In this document: positions 19,201-28,133 of the stretch, piece after piece | How positions within the stretch are numbered: position 1 is the first letter of the stretch | Layout of the letters: each line of letters begins with the position of its first letter | Source: a virus | IMG/VR virus record: IMGVR_UViG_3300035158_000183 | Coordinates: 96,001 to 160,000 of that record | DNA length: 64,000 nucleotides | Strand: one strand, 5' to 3' | Program-made: the position numbers and the translations under genes | Notes under the pieces: generated by a model | Seen by the model: the letters and a program-made list of their open reading frames with translations, nothing else | What the model was told of the DNA's origin: nothing | Database searches by the model: none

Positions 19201-22200
19201 GGACGGCATGGTATTCTTTAGAGGGTTATAGGTCTCAAGATAGCTTCTGGTGCGCGGAATAAAACGTCTCACTGGCTCCGAGTTGTGCAGAAGTAAATAA
19301 TCCCCAACAAAACAATGAGACTCTTCAACTTCTATATCAAAAACTTTAACTCCCGTGGCAGGCTCGGCTTTTACATTTCTAACTGAGTAATATAAAAACC
19401 CATCCTGAGTAAACTGCCTACCATTAGAGTGTTCGAAACTTTCTTCCCAATCATTGTCGAGAATAATGCGGCAATATCTATCATGTTGGTCTTTGCTAAA
19501 CTTAAGATAGGATCTAAGAGTTGGCTTGCGTTGTTCGCCCTGCGGATATTGATTGTTAGGTTTGGGAATTTCCAAGTAGTCATCTGTCACTGTGGCAAAT
19601 ACACCAAGTCTTGCCAGGACAATCCAAAGATCTCGCACTAGCCGATTAGACTTACTAGTAAACCCTCCTGAGTATTTCTCTTTATTACTCCACCCATCGC
19701 CACCAATTAAACCAGCAATTAGCTTAGGCAATAAAGAGATGGGCAGATCAATAAGCCACGCCAATTTCTTAGTGCCGGCATCGGTGCCGAATTGCTTAAG
19801 CCATCGTGCTAAAGGAATATTGTGTAGCCTTAAAGCACAACTTCCTTGTTCGGGTTTCGTAGATATGTTATAGCTAAATCCAAATCTGGCTGTGTATATT
19901 TCGCCCAAAATATGAGCTATATCCAGCTCTTCTAAAGCAAGAGTAAAAGTAATATCTCCAGCCTGTGGGTCAGCACTACCCTCAGCAATCCACCACCCCA
20001 CAAACCAAGCAAGATCACGACCGAATACAACCTTACGTGGAGTTCTTTTGGGAGAGTGCTTTTTCCGGTATGAATTTAATGCTTCCTTCGCATATTGATC
20101 GGGAACGATTTCTCTTAAATCTTTCCGAGACATAAGGGGATTATTCTCTAGTGCTTCTATAGCTTTGGCAAAATGTTTAGTGGCCCTAGAATAGATATAG
20201 TCGTCTGTCACCGTTGCTGTAGAAGCAGCGTAGGGACCAAAATCTATAGATATATCTTCGGAAGTAATACCACCGGGCAGCGGCATTACCACAAAATCAT
20301 TTGGCTCAATAGCATCAGCTCGAACCCATTGCCACGCAATCTCTGTGTCACACAATCCACAAACACTGCAATGTTTCTTAGGGCTATGTGGGGTGCATGG
20401 TCTGGCATGACTATCTCTACAGGGAATACGTTTATAAACAGCAACAGGGTGATTCCCCGTAACTCTTACCGTCTTATTACCAACCCTGGTATTGATAGTA
20501 ATCATCTGTTCGTCGGAGCCGCAGATCCTTTCAAAAACATTAAGTACTTGCTTTGTCTTCATACGGTGATCATAAACAGCATCACCTACTTGAATATCCT
20601 CGATGTTCTTCAGGCCATCCGGAGTAAAAACCTTCTCTCCGGCAGGTAAGCATGCACCTAGCGCACCACCCACATTGAGATGGCTCCATAGCCAGTACTC
20701 AGATCCGGTCTCCTTGCCCATGACGCCTAATGTTTGTAGGTTCTGGAAGAACTCCTCCCTACCCGTCATGGCATGCTCAATAGCTCCCTCAGCAAAACCG
20801 ACAAGACCTACAGCCTCACGTCTGCGGTACATAAGCTCGTTGAACAACTGGCTACCTTCTTCGGGTACTACCGGCGCTCCAGGACGCAAGCCCCCAAGCT
20901 CATACGCTGGCTCGGTTTCCTTGCGGACATCCGGTCGATGTACATACTCTCCCTCATCTAGCATCCATTCCTCAGGACGTATTAGCTTGCGAGGCTTGAG
21001 AGCTTTGCCCACTGTTGCCGCAACAAGAGGACCGAAAAATGGTACATCTTTACCGTAAGTGCCTGCAAGCGGGGCCGGCCGCTCATACTGATATTTTCTT
21101 TCGTAGTGGTACTTCCACTCGTCTGACCCGAACAGGGCCTTTAATGGATGGAGCCATGGGTCGTGTTCCCACTTCTCTTCTTCAGTACCATACATGCCCT
21201 TCTGGAATGCTCTGGTCCGCAACCTCTCCATGAAGTGAGGGCGGTAGTATTCTATGCGGCCACCCTCGTAAGGAGTAGAATTGTGCACCAAGAATGTACC
21301 CGCCTGGAATAGATGATCCGGGTGATCTACTTCGAAGTCATAGACAATATCATCATAATCTTCTGTTTCTATCGCGCAAATAACAGAGTAAAGTTTAGAA
21401 TTACAAACTTTATAGAAATATGGAATCCTACCTGGAGTCCACTTGATCCTATGCCTCCCCCTATAATCATTCTTCTCAAACTTACAAAGATAAGGATATT
21501 CTCCTAAGTTTAACAATATAGAGAATATTGCATCAAGAAGCCCTCGTCTACAAGAAGAGATAACACAGGTTCTTTGATCTAGATGTCCATCTCCACGCCG
21601 ATAACCCTCAACCAATTGTTCTTTAAAAGCTTTTGGTGCAGACATAAATACTTGTGGAAATATTTTGTCTTGTTGGCGCTCGCTATTATAAAACAGCTCA
21701 AAGAACATTCTGGCAAGCAAAGAACTGCAGATCCTTACGACCCAACAGCCTTCGTTTGTTTTCTTCTTGCCTTTCTTAAACCTTACTGTTGGTGTAATGC
21801 CAAATTCTTTCTCAGATATAGAGACAACATCATCAACTATCCATCGTTCTGATTTAGCGTGAACAGTTTCTATCATGTGGGGAATATCATTCTTATAAGA
21901 AATATTGCCTTCTGCTAAGAAGTAACCGAATAGACGGCCTAGTTCTGGTGTTAATGTTACAACTCTAGGGATTGAAGCCCCCCTAGATCTTTGAACCTTG
22001 CCACTATACCAATTCTTCTGTGCGGGGAGAAGAATATCTTCACAGATTAAGAAAAGACCAGTCTTTATCAAATCTTCAGAAATAAGCTCAGTTGATGTTT
22101 CCTTTAGCTGTGGGATAGGTATCTCTACTCTGTCGTTTACTCGAAGCCCTTTCGCTTCTACTTCAACAATTTCTTCTCCTCTAAGAACCGGAACCTTATG

Positions 22201-24060
22201 ATTCCCTGTTAGCTTGGTCTCTGTAATCCAACTAGCTCTTGTTTTGAATTTGATAATATTACCAGAAAACTTTCTTGTAAATATATTGACGACCTTAGCC
22301 TCTTCGCCATCTCTGCCTATTAAGACATCACCAATACGAACTTCATGGGCTTCCTTAAATGTTCCGGCATAACACATTGGAATCATTGAGGAATTCGCCA
22401 AGCACCTCCCGAACTCCCACCACCTACCCTTCCTGATGGGCACTTCCTTCTCACCAGAGTAAATTGCCTCCAGCTCCTCGGAAGTCTCAGTAGTACCCAG
22501 CAAGTTGAGTCCAGGTATAGCCGCCATTAGATTGCCAGAAAGCAGTCCCATGCCAGTGCTAAGGGCGCCCCAGGCTGCCACTCCACCTAGAAACCCTAGA
22601 GCCATTGGGTGCCTAGCCTTAGCAAGCAATCTACCCCCGGGTAGTTTCTTGACAGCTTTACCCAGCTTAGACTCCCATACGGCGTCAGCTATCTTATCAA
22701 CATGTTCTTTACGCAGATCTTCAGTAATATCTGCGAAGGCACGCTCGGGGCCTGCTGCGTGGCGTTGCCGAACTGCTGCACCCAATAAACCACCATAGCC
22801 GGCCAGGCCCCCCGCCAGCATACCTACGCCACCGAACCCTACGGCAGTCTTAAGGGATACCAGCCCAGGTGTCACAGCTTCCTGTTCTCGCAATGATTCT
22901 GATAGACCCAAAGCTTCTGATGCTCTTGCCCGTGCAAGGTTCAAATCAGTAAACATAGAAGCGACGCCGTAGAATAGACCTTCATCAAATCTAGGGGCTA
23001 GGGCCGTATAGAGACCGGTTGCCGCCCCAATAGCCAGACCAGCAGGTCTAAACATTTGTCCTGGTCGCTTGAACAGAAAGGCGCCAGCTGCGGCACCACC
23101 GGCAGTACCAAGGGCTGGTGCCCAAGCACTACCTTCCGCCCTCAAATAATCGTAATATTCTAGACCCTTATACGCAGCGGCCAGTCCTAAACCTTTCATC
23201 ATATACCGGCCGGCCATCTGCATAGCAGAGCCAGGCTGGACCTTCATGCTGCTGACCACAGGTATACGATTTAGGATAGGAAACACCTCGAACGGCTTCG
23301 AGAGTAGCATGTTAAGACGGCCCGCCGTAGTAGCCGCCTTGGCACGCATCAGCTTCCCAAGTATTTCACCCTTAGCCACTCGGCGCTGCATCTTCTCACT
23401 GAGCTGTATATCTTTACCAAAAATCCTAATCTTCTCGCGGAACTTGGCTCCCAATATCAGCTTGCGACGTCTCTCCGAAGGAGCCATCTCATCCAGCCAC
23501 TCCTTGTAGTCTATCGGGAGATCTAGCATCTCATATTCGCTTCTTAATAGAGCCTCATTGAGTGACTGATATTCTCCTAGTTTGGTCTTGCTAAGCCGTG
23601 CGTAGTAGTCGGCAATGGCAGAACCCTTCTGAGTGCCTGCAGTGATCTGCAGCCCCATCCCGATAGCTTTACTCTCGCGCGTTACATCACCAAATATCGC
23701 ACCGGTACGCTCCATCGTCAGACCGCCACCTGTACCAAAGATATTTCGGAGATATCCTCCGTACTGGCCTGCAGCCTTCAGCTGGGCCTCTGGCAGATCT
23801 ATTCTAGACCAGGTTTCTAGGGGCGATAGGAACTCAGAGATACGGAAGGTTCTGAGTATAGCTGCAGGGAAGGCTGTCTCGGCTGTTCTAATTCCCTGTA
23901 GGTAAACATCCCACAGTCTCCCGCCACCGTAAGGTATAAATCCAGACGCCATTATACCTGCACTAGCGAATCCCAGTTTAGCTAGCGGGGATAGTGTCTC
24001 GCTTGGTTGTGGGGGCTGTGGCCCGAAGGCTGTTATCGGATCAGCTGGCAATAATTTCAC
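16228..24060 (-). CDS. Large virion (tape-measure/ejection-like) protein precursor with three inteins; ~1391 aa after splicing
   Basis: 2610 aa; Gly/Ala-rich hydrophobic N-terminal part; directly downstream of the tail chaperones; three C...HN|S inteins. Confidence 0.7.
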   Translation of the reverse strand: MKLLPADPITAFGPQPPQPSETLSPLAKLGFASAGIMASGFIPYGGGRLWDVYLQGIRTAETAFPAAILRTFRISEFLSPLETWSRIDLPEAQLKAAGQYGGYLRNIFGTGGGLTMERTGAIFGDVTRESKAIGMGLQITAGTQKGSAIADYYARLSKTKLGEYQSLNEALLRSEYEMLDLPIDYKEWLDEMAPSERRRKLILGAKFREKIRIFGKDIQLSEKMQRRVAKGEILGKLMRAKAATTAGRLNMLLSKPFEVFPILNRIPVVSSMKVQPGSAMQMAGRYMMKGLGLAAAYKGLEYYDYLRAEGSAWAPALGTAGGAAAGAFLFKRPGQMFRPAGLAIGAATGLYTALAPRFDEGLFYGVASMFTDLNLARARASEALGLSESLREQEAVTPGLVSLKTAVGFGGVGMLAGGLAGYGGLLGAAVRQRHAAGPERAFADITEDLRKEHVDKIADAVWESKLGKAVKKLPGGRLLAKARHPMALGFLGGVAAWGALSTGMGLLSGNLMAAIPGLNLLGTTETSEELEAIYSGEKEVPIRKGRWWEFGRCLANSSMIPMCYAGTFKEAHEVRIGDVLIGRDGEEAKVVNIFTRKFSGNIIKFKTRASWITETKLTGNHKVPVLRGEEIVEVEAKGLRVNDRVEIPIPQLKETSTELISEDLIKTGLFLICEDILLPAQKNWYSGKVQRSRGASIPRVVTLTPELGRLFGYFLAEGNISYKNDIPHMIETVHAKSERWIVDDVVSISEKEFGITPTVRFKKGKKKTNEGCWVVRICSSLLARMFFELFYNSERQQDKIFPQVFMSAPKAFKEQLVEGYRRGDGHLDQRTCVISSCRRGLLDAIFSILLNLGEYPYLCKFEKNDYRGRHRIKWTPGRIPYFYKVCNSKLYSVICAIETEDYDDIVYDFEVDHPDHLFQAGTFLVHNSTPYEGGRIEYYRPHFMERLRTRAFQKGMYGTEEEKWEHDPWLHPLKALFGSDEWKYHYERKYQYERPAPLAGTYGKDVPFFGPLVAATVGKALKPRKLIRPEEWMLDEGEYVHRPDVRKETEPAYELGGLRPGAPVVPEEGSQLFNELMYRRREAVGLVGFAEGAIEHAMTGREEFFQNLQTLGVMGKETGSEYWLWSHLNVGGALGACLPAGEKVFTPDGLKNIEDIQVGDAVYDHRMKTKQVLNVFERICGSDEQMITINTRVGNKTVRVTGNHPVAVYKRIPCRDSHARPCTPHSPKKHCSVCGLCDTEIAWQWVRADAIEPNDFVVMPLPGGITSEDISIDFGPYAASTATVTDDYIYSRATKHFAKAIEALENNPLMSRKDLREIVPDQYAKEALNSYRKKHSPKRTPRKVVFGRDLAWFVGWWIAEGSADPQAGDITFTLALEELDIAHILGEIYTARFGFSYNISTKPEQGSCALRLHNIPLARWLKQFGTDAGTKKLAWLIDLPISLLPKLIAGLIGGDGWSNKEKYSGGFTSKSNRLVRDLWIVLARLGVFATVTDDYLEIPKPNNQYPQGEQRKPTLRSYLKFSKDQHDRYCRIILDNDWEESFEHSNGRQFTQDGFLYYSVRNVKAEPATGVKVFDIEVEESHCFVGDYLLLHNSEPVRRFIPRTRSYLETYNPLKNTMPSWMPEDYFLDLKYGNPFQKIKEAEIRLPGPGYEALHPEVAGVHPEEYPLVHRLKILGDVAMWSDEYKWTLQKAKRNFGRLSDQDKQLVRTVEEQVKSRKQRRKITEYRFRPELLGTRDITVTEVLDPRRIKAAEFGDMVIELQGVGAITNMQKAMDFATEHFEGQKITIKAPQMESRRYDVTKRGSRMKAVAMMGDQDYGQVLAEQKYAEAKELRDEFEQLRFTPAERLAGRMSETILHGIETPMEYLTPMSPASKLIRQRSAIEEYIASEAIGTQAAFWNRPVENFLQPAADMALHAIGFNRIPEQIRQRRDINEYFDMLDWVKAERAERIARHNNRWSDVREEQELQQRTMFGLDVFGSPVAAMRALPRRERDFFAAFTGARSPEEREEILSLIPENEQRLYMSKWLQQEAGAARAKEQAGIATKEDEQTLITTALMRKTEGFGATPEMEEQWRAETDGKIPFDEWIRELKAKEYFKTHSLPGADWLGWCVPPKQDILTSDGRILHASDVKLDQSLTTLQGENQVKQVFERQTNEDIIIVKTHHNSVYCMAATENHIVLGIQTERCKYNLKPESVCTHATTMWKCNFCTTKHYESYSAKWMPIGKLTTNTYLPIPLLKHTDEDPVIDIGKLNCFPNNTLILDDTLRPKTGRIKPINRFIKLDEATCWLIGYYLAGGNTWAVGDRMRGVQFTAHIDEVPILELAQKIIKDKFGLDSIIRFKKKPKSESAYLVVANSIFGWLINHWVGRYCDQKYSPSWLENITQKSQAALLDGLNTGDASKDERGRLILANRQLCYMAKRLYEAQGIPASLHGPKKRNGKAQYAVESLSSSLSAIVGENFIAYRVETIERSQYEGTVLDFEVEDQHMYCSPIGIYHNSPSVDMEDVKLQYVQMAGLDHHEFDLWGARKRALARKPYINEDLIRDMQARAELEDVMIHKLNAETLAKVHGGSGSRVMRCGLATKGPDEYDIEIVDSRDELVRETHKRMGVR
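16570..17730 (-). mobile_element. Intein 3 (387 aa) with LAGLIDADG domain, probably degenerate
   Basis: WLGW|CVPPKQDIL...ATENH...VLDFEVEDQHMYCSPIGIYHN|S; motifs LIGYYLAGGN and LLDGLNTGDAS; AT-rich relative to flanks. Confidence 0.9.
19282..20652 (-). mobile_element. Intein 2 (457 aa) with LAGLIDADG homing endonuclease
   Basis: GALGA|CLPAGEKV...VTGNHP...VFDIEVEESHCFVGDYLLLHN|S; motifs FVGWWIAEGS and LIAGLIGGDGW. Confidence 0.93.
21280..22404 (-). mobile_element. Intein 1 (375 aa) with LAGLIDADG homing endonuclease
   Basis: WWEFGR|CLANSSMI...LTGNHK...VYDFEVDHPDHLFQAGTFLVHN|S; motifs LFGYFLAEGN and LVEGYRRGDGH. Confidence 0.93.
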
Positions 24061-24773
24061 CTGCCTCGGCGATACATTTTGCGCTTAAATTCCAGCTCTT
24101 GCTGTCTGGCACGCTGGATAGCTTCTTCTCTAATCTTCTGCATACGTGCTCTACCCTCAGGATCTTCGTCGGCCGGCCTATCAAACTCTTGATATGCTTC
24201 GGTATCTTGCCTAAGCACATCTTCTACCAGATATGGCTTCTCCACCTCATCCTCAGGCTTCTGAAATGCATGTTCTTCTTCTATTATACCGCGATCTAAC
24301 AGGACTTTCTCGGCTTGGATGAAGTTATAGACTAGCTGTTGATAGTTGAGGCTGTCCAGAGATTCGAATGTATATCCAGCAAATACAATGCAGATTACAC
24401 GCTTCATGTAATCGGCAGTAACATTCAGCTGTTTCCGGTAGGTCTTGTATAGCTCTTCGGTATAATCTTGAGAATCAACATCTACACCTGACAAAAACAG
24501 TGCAAGCCTGGCAGTGGTCTCTGAGATGCCTGCCGGTAACTGATTGAAATTCTTCTCAGTTTGCCACTCATTCTCGACTATCTGCTCGAAGATACTATCA
24601 TATATAGCACTTTTCAGGCTAACCTTGGGGGCCATATCCAGAAGCAAGGCATATTGGCTGGCCTGCTTTATAGATGGCAGACGGAAGATAACCTCTACAC
24701 CCTCTACTTCGAAGGCATACAGGTCTTCGGATTTCTTCTGGATTGCCTCCAGGGCCCGCGTGAGACCATCCAT
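24057..24773 (-). CDS. Putative tail assembly chaperone
   Basis: 238 aa; VIFRLPS...LPAGISETTA, similar to the upstream neighbour; between tube genes and the tape-measure-like gene. Confidence 0.55.
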   Translation of the reverse strand: MDGLTRALEAIQKKSEDLYAFEVEGVEVIFRLPSIKQASQYALLLDMAPKVSLKSAIYDSIFEQIVENEWQTEKNFNQLPAGISETTARLALFLSGVDVDSQDYTEELYKTYRKQLNVTADYMKRVICIVFAGYTFESLDSLNYQQLVYNFIQAEKVLLDRGIIEEEHAFQKPEDEVEKPYLVEDVLRQDTEAYQEFDRPADEDPEGRARMQKIREEAIQRARQQELEFKRKMYRRGR

Positions 24774-24776
24774 CGG

Positions 24777-25517
24777 CTACATCTTGATAGTCATCTGGGC
24801 GACGAACCCTGGCTCCAGGAATAGACTCTGGAGACGGACCTGCTGGACAACCATCCCCATAGCACCAGCGGGTAGTGCCGCTCGCTGTACAGGATCCATC
24901 CCAGGCCACAGGACACACTTATCAAAGATCATTTCTTCGACCTGATGCTCCTGCATCTCGTTGAATCGCGGGTTTGCGTTGATCTGAATCCACTCCTGGC
25001 GCTTCAGATAACGGTAAATAAACACATGATTCTCGATGTTTAGCAGGAATACGTCCCCATGCATACGCTTCCACTCCATTATTGCCTGTGGACCTGGAGC
25101 ATTGGGATTGATTTGCTTCAGCCTCTCACAGATAGCCTTGACTCTCTCCACAGGGTCCTCTGGGAAGTCCTCAGGCGGCTCCTGGGGAGATGTAGTCGCT
25201 GGTGCGACCTCTGAAGCCTCCGGCATCTGTGGGACGGCTGTAGCGGTCTCTGGGGCCGCTGGGGGAACCTCAGGGACTGCTGCAGGCGGAGCGTTATTAG
25301 CTTCCGCATCAGCTACCTGCTCGGCCGTGAGCATACCGGCACCGCCGCCGAATCCAGCTGCACTCATAGCAGCCTTGTCCGCACCCATGTCAAAGGGCTT
25401 GTCGTCGCCATAGACCTCACTGAAAGACTTCTTGCCAGCCTTCATCATCTTCTCGGCCTTACGGGCGAGTTCCTGCTCTCGTGGCCCTACCGCCACTTTG
25501 CGTTTCTGTTTAGTCAT
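24777..25517 (-). CDS. Putative tail assembly chaperone with Pro/Ala-rich N-terminus
   Basis: 246 aa; EWKRMHGDVF...FIYRYLKRQEW...CVLWP...LPAG motif; synteny. Confidence 0.6.
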   Translation of the reverse strand: MTKQKRKVAVGPREQELARKAEKMMKAGKKSFSEVYGDDKPFDMGADKAAMSAAGFGGGAGMLTAEQVADAEANNAPPAAVPEVPPAAPETATAVPQMPEASEVAPATTSPQEPPEDFPEDPVERVKAICERLKQINPNAPGPQAIMEWKRMHGDVFLLNIENHVFIYRYLKRQEWIQINANPRFNEMQEHQVEEMIFDKCVLWPGMDPVQRAALPAGAMGMVVQQVRLQSLFLEPGFVAQMTIKM

Positions 25518-25532
25518 GTTGTAACTCCTTGG

Positions 25533-26399
25533 TTAAACGATATTTCTTGCTATGAATTGGAACTCTTCTAGGATGGGCTCCCCTGAGACTTCTATTGACT
25601 GAGATTGCCCCGTGAAGGAGACATCCATGAGTTTCTTGACTGTATGATTGGCAGACGGCTTGCTGGTGTCGCCGTACACGATCCAAATGTCTATAGGTGG
25701 GTACTGGTCTGCTCTGCGGTGCGAAAGAGCATCCTCAGTGGCCAACAGCTGGTCCTCAGGGAGGTTTTTACTAAAGAGCCGCTCCCTGAGCAGGGGGTTG
25801 GCAGTATCACTGCCATACCATATGGCATCCTCAAATACTTCCGCCCACTGCTCGAACCTATCGTCTGGTAAGTTACCGAGATCTCTAAAGAATTGATTGT
25901 ATGCCTGCTGGGCATTCTTCTTATCCTTAGCAGCAGCCCATTCCATGGACTGCTCCACATTGGCCTTCATAGTCTTATGTTTCTCAGCTTCACGAGCAGC
26001 TGAAAGGAATGTGCCAGGTGTGTCTCCTACCCTATATCCTTTAGTCAGACGGCCTTCCTTATTCAGGGTGTAGCGGGGAGTAGTCCACTCTCCACCAAGT
26101 TTGAGGTTCTGGTAGCGTATCATCGGATAGCTGAGATATCCGGATTCCTTGAAGGCCAACATGATAGCTCCTTGTACCACAACCTTGCCTTCTCCTACAA
26201 ATGAATAGTACTGGCTGGCGTATCCCCATACAGGTGTCTTCTGCTGAACCGCATTAAAGCTTACAGCGACAGCTGAGTCTATGACTACATCTCCGAACAT
26301 CACATTGATCTGTGACCCAGAGAAGTAATCGTACTCATACGTTGTCTCCCCTACGAATGGAGGAGTAATAAGCTCGCCTTTATGGTTCCTGAGTGCCAT
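25533..26399 (-). CDS. Tail tube-like protein (paralog 3)
   Basis: YFSGSQINV...QKTPVWGY...PPIDIWIVY...EEFQFIAR, same pattern as 27432..28112. Confidence 0.65.
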   Translation of the reverse strand: MALRNHKGELITPPFVGETTYEYDYFSGSQINVMFGDVVIDSAVAVSFNAVQQKTPVWGYASQYYSFVGEGKVVVQGAIMLAFKESGYLSYPMIRYQNLKLGGEWTTPRYTLNKEGRLTKGYRVGDTPGTFLSAAREAEKHKTMKANVEQSMEWAAAKDKKNAQQAYNQFFRDLGNLPDDRFEQWAEVFEDAIWYGSDTANPLLRERLFSKNLPEDQLLATEDALSHRRADQYPPIDIWIVYGDTSKPSANHTVKKLMDVSFTGQSQSIEVSGEPILEEFQFIARNIV

Positions 26400-27355
26400 T
26401 AAATAAATGGATTCCTACGTCTGATATGAGCTGAAAACATCTGCTCCTTCATAAGATCAGATGCTGTCTTATTCCAGCTCTTGCTTACCCCATGACCGTC
26501 GATGGCTCGGGTTTCCACAAGCCTCATGGGGTCTAGGTCTCTTGCCACATACTGTACCACGTTCTCTGAGTAGATGTCTTCTATAGAGAAGGTCTGGCCT
26601 TCCTGGAAGAACTCTACCCCCCACAGGCCCATATGAGAAATAGCACCATACTCATTAGCGAAAACCAGGCTGATATCAATGGGAGGCATCTGGTCGGCCA
26701 GCATGGTGGTGTAAAGCTGATTGTCGAAGTCACTAGAGCCAGTACTAAACTGTCTAAGTTTAAGCCGCATAATGTCTGCGAATACGTGTTCATGGAAGAT
26801 AGTAAATACCATACTACCTGAGATAGTACGAGGCCCTCTGGTATATGCACGCGGATACACAGCCCCCAAGGGTCGGACTGGAGCTTTATCCCTAAAACTG
26901 CCTATAGAGATAGTCTGAATGTCTCCCAGTGTCTTGGATGTAGGTAAATTCCGGATGTTTTGCAGGATTGCATCCAGTTCACTCAATTCACTATTTCTTA
27001 CCTGCTGAGCTTGTATATAGTCGGCAAGCTGTTTGGTGGTCAAGATCTCCCGATTGTTTTCATACCAAATTTCTGCCTTTATGGCCTCTTTCTCTATCGC
27101 CCACATCTCGTCCAGCAACAGCTTGTCGTCTATAGGGTCATGGGGATAGTGAACTACTACCTTGATGTCAGCGCCACTATATGTCCCATAGAATTTGGCG
27201 TAATCTGATACGACAGCAGGATTCTTGCTATTCTGGGCCTTCTTGGCCATAGGGCTATCCGGATGTGGCGGCGGGGGTGGCTTATACACATAGTGTCGTG
27301 CAAGGGCGTCCTCGCTGGGCATGGGGCGCTTGGCGACTATACTAGAATAAACCAT
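26399..27355 (-). CDS. Tail tube-like protein (paralog 2)
   Basis: YSGADIKV...RGPRTISGSMVF...DQMPPIDISLVFANEYG...SIEDIYSE. Confidence 0.7.
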   Translation of the reverse strand: MVYSSIVAKRPMPSEDALARHYVYKPPPPPHPDSPMAKKAQNSKNPAVVSDYAKFYGTYSGADIKVVVHYPHDPIDDKLLLDEMWAIEKEAIKAEIWYENNREILTTKQLADYIQAQQVRNSELSELDAILQNIRNLPTSKTLGDIQTISIGSFRDKAPVRPLGAVYPRAYTRGPRTISGSMVFTIFHEHVFADIMRLKLRQFSTGSSDFDNQLYTTMLADQMPPIDISLVFANEYGAISHMGLWGVEFFQEGQTFSIEDIYSENVVQYVARDLDPMRLVETRAIDGHGVSKSWNKTASDLMKEQMFSAHIRRRNPFI

Positions 27356-27380
27356 ATTTTAGACCTTCAGGAGATGGGAG

Positions 27381-27410
27381 AACCGGGTCAGGCTTAGTCC
27401 TGACCCGGTT
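27381..27410 (-). terminator. Stem-loop downstream of the tail tube gene (terminator or mRNA stabiliser)
   Basis: AACCGGGTCAGG-N6-CCTGACCCGGTT perfect 12-bp stem; U-tract is weak. Confidence 0.6.
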
Positions 27411-27431
27411 TATGGGCAGATTGAACACAGA

Positions 27432-28112
27432 TTACGATGGGTTAATACCCTGCATTGCTACGTGCTGACCCTGGGACTGCCAAGGAAGCATACCGTGAGC
27501 AATATATGTGAAACTGTGCTCGGAGACAATATCGTCAACTGATACCCCGTAGCCGGAGTTCATCAGCTCGACGCCTAGAATCTTCATGATGGCTAGTGCG
27601 CCGTACTCATTTGCAGCTGCTAGTACGATATCGAATGGTGGAATCTGGTCAGCGTACCATGGAATCGCTGGCTTCTGATCAGAACCTGCCGATGTTATCT
27701 CACTCTCCTGCTGTTGTGCTGTAGCACCCGGGACGTTGATACCTTCAGGATCTGCCGCTACACTTGTCTCTCCGACAACGATTTCCTGACTGTACTCTGG
27801 ACGCAGGTCGTCTACATCGGACAGGAAGTAGAGGCGTCTTGCTTCTTCTCCTGGTGCTCGGTTCGCAAGCTCCCACATCAATGGGTCTTCGTCGAACTGG
27901 ATGAATACCAGTGACCCTGCGATGCCACGCTTGCCTCTTGCGAAGGCACGTGGGTCCGCAGATCCCATTGTATAGATGGGCGCTTTCTCTCGAGAGATAG
28001 AATAGCTGATTCCCTGTAGGGTACCGATCACCTTGGTCCCGAATGTGGCCTTGATGTCGATCCCAGAGAAGCTATTATACCCTCTGGTGAATTCGCTCTG
28101 TTGTACTGCCAT
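27432..28112 (-). CDS. Major tail tube protein
   Basis: 226 aa immediately after the sheath; FSGIDIKA...RGKRGIAGSLVF...DQIPPFDIVLAAANEYG; followed by a hairpin. Confidence 0.75.
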   Translation of the reverse strand: MAVQQSEFTRGYNSFSGIDIKATFGTKVIGTLQGISYSISREKAPIYTMGSADPRAFARGKRGIAGSLVFIQFDEDPLMWELANRAPGEEARRLYFLSDVDDLRPEYSQEIVVGETSVAADPEGINVPGATAQQQESEITSAGSDQKPAIPWYADQIPPFDIVLAAANEYGALAIMKILGVELMNSGYGVSVDDIVSEHSFTYIAHGMLPWQSQGQHVAMQGINPS

Positions 28113-28133
28113 AGTCTATCTCGACCTCCCTAG

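Noticed and set aside
24057-25517. Programmed frameshift joining the two tail chaperones
   Set aside because: No slippery heptamer seen near the first stop; the second gene has its own ATG 3 nt later
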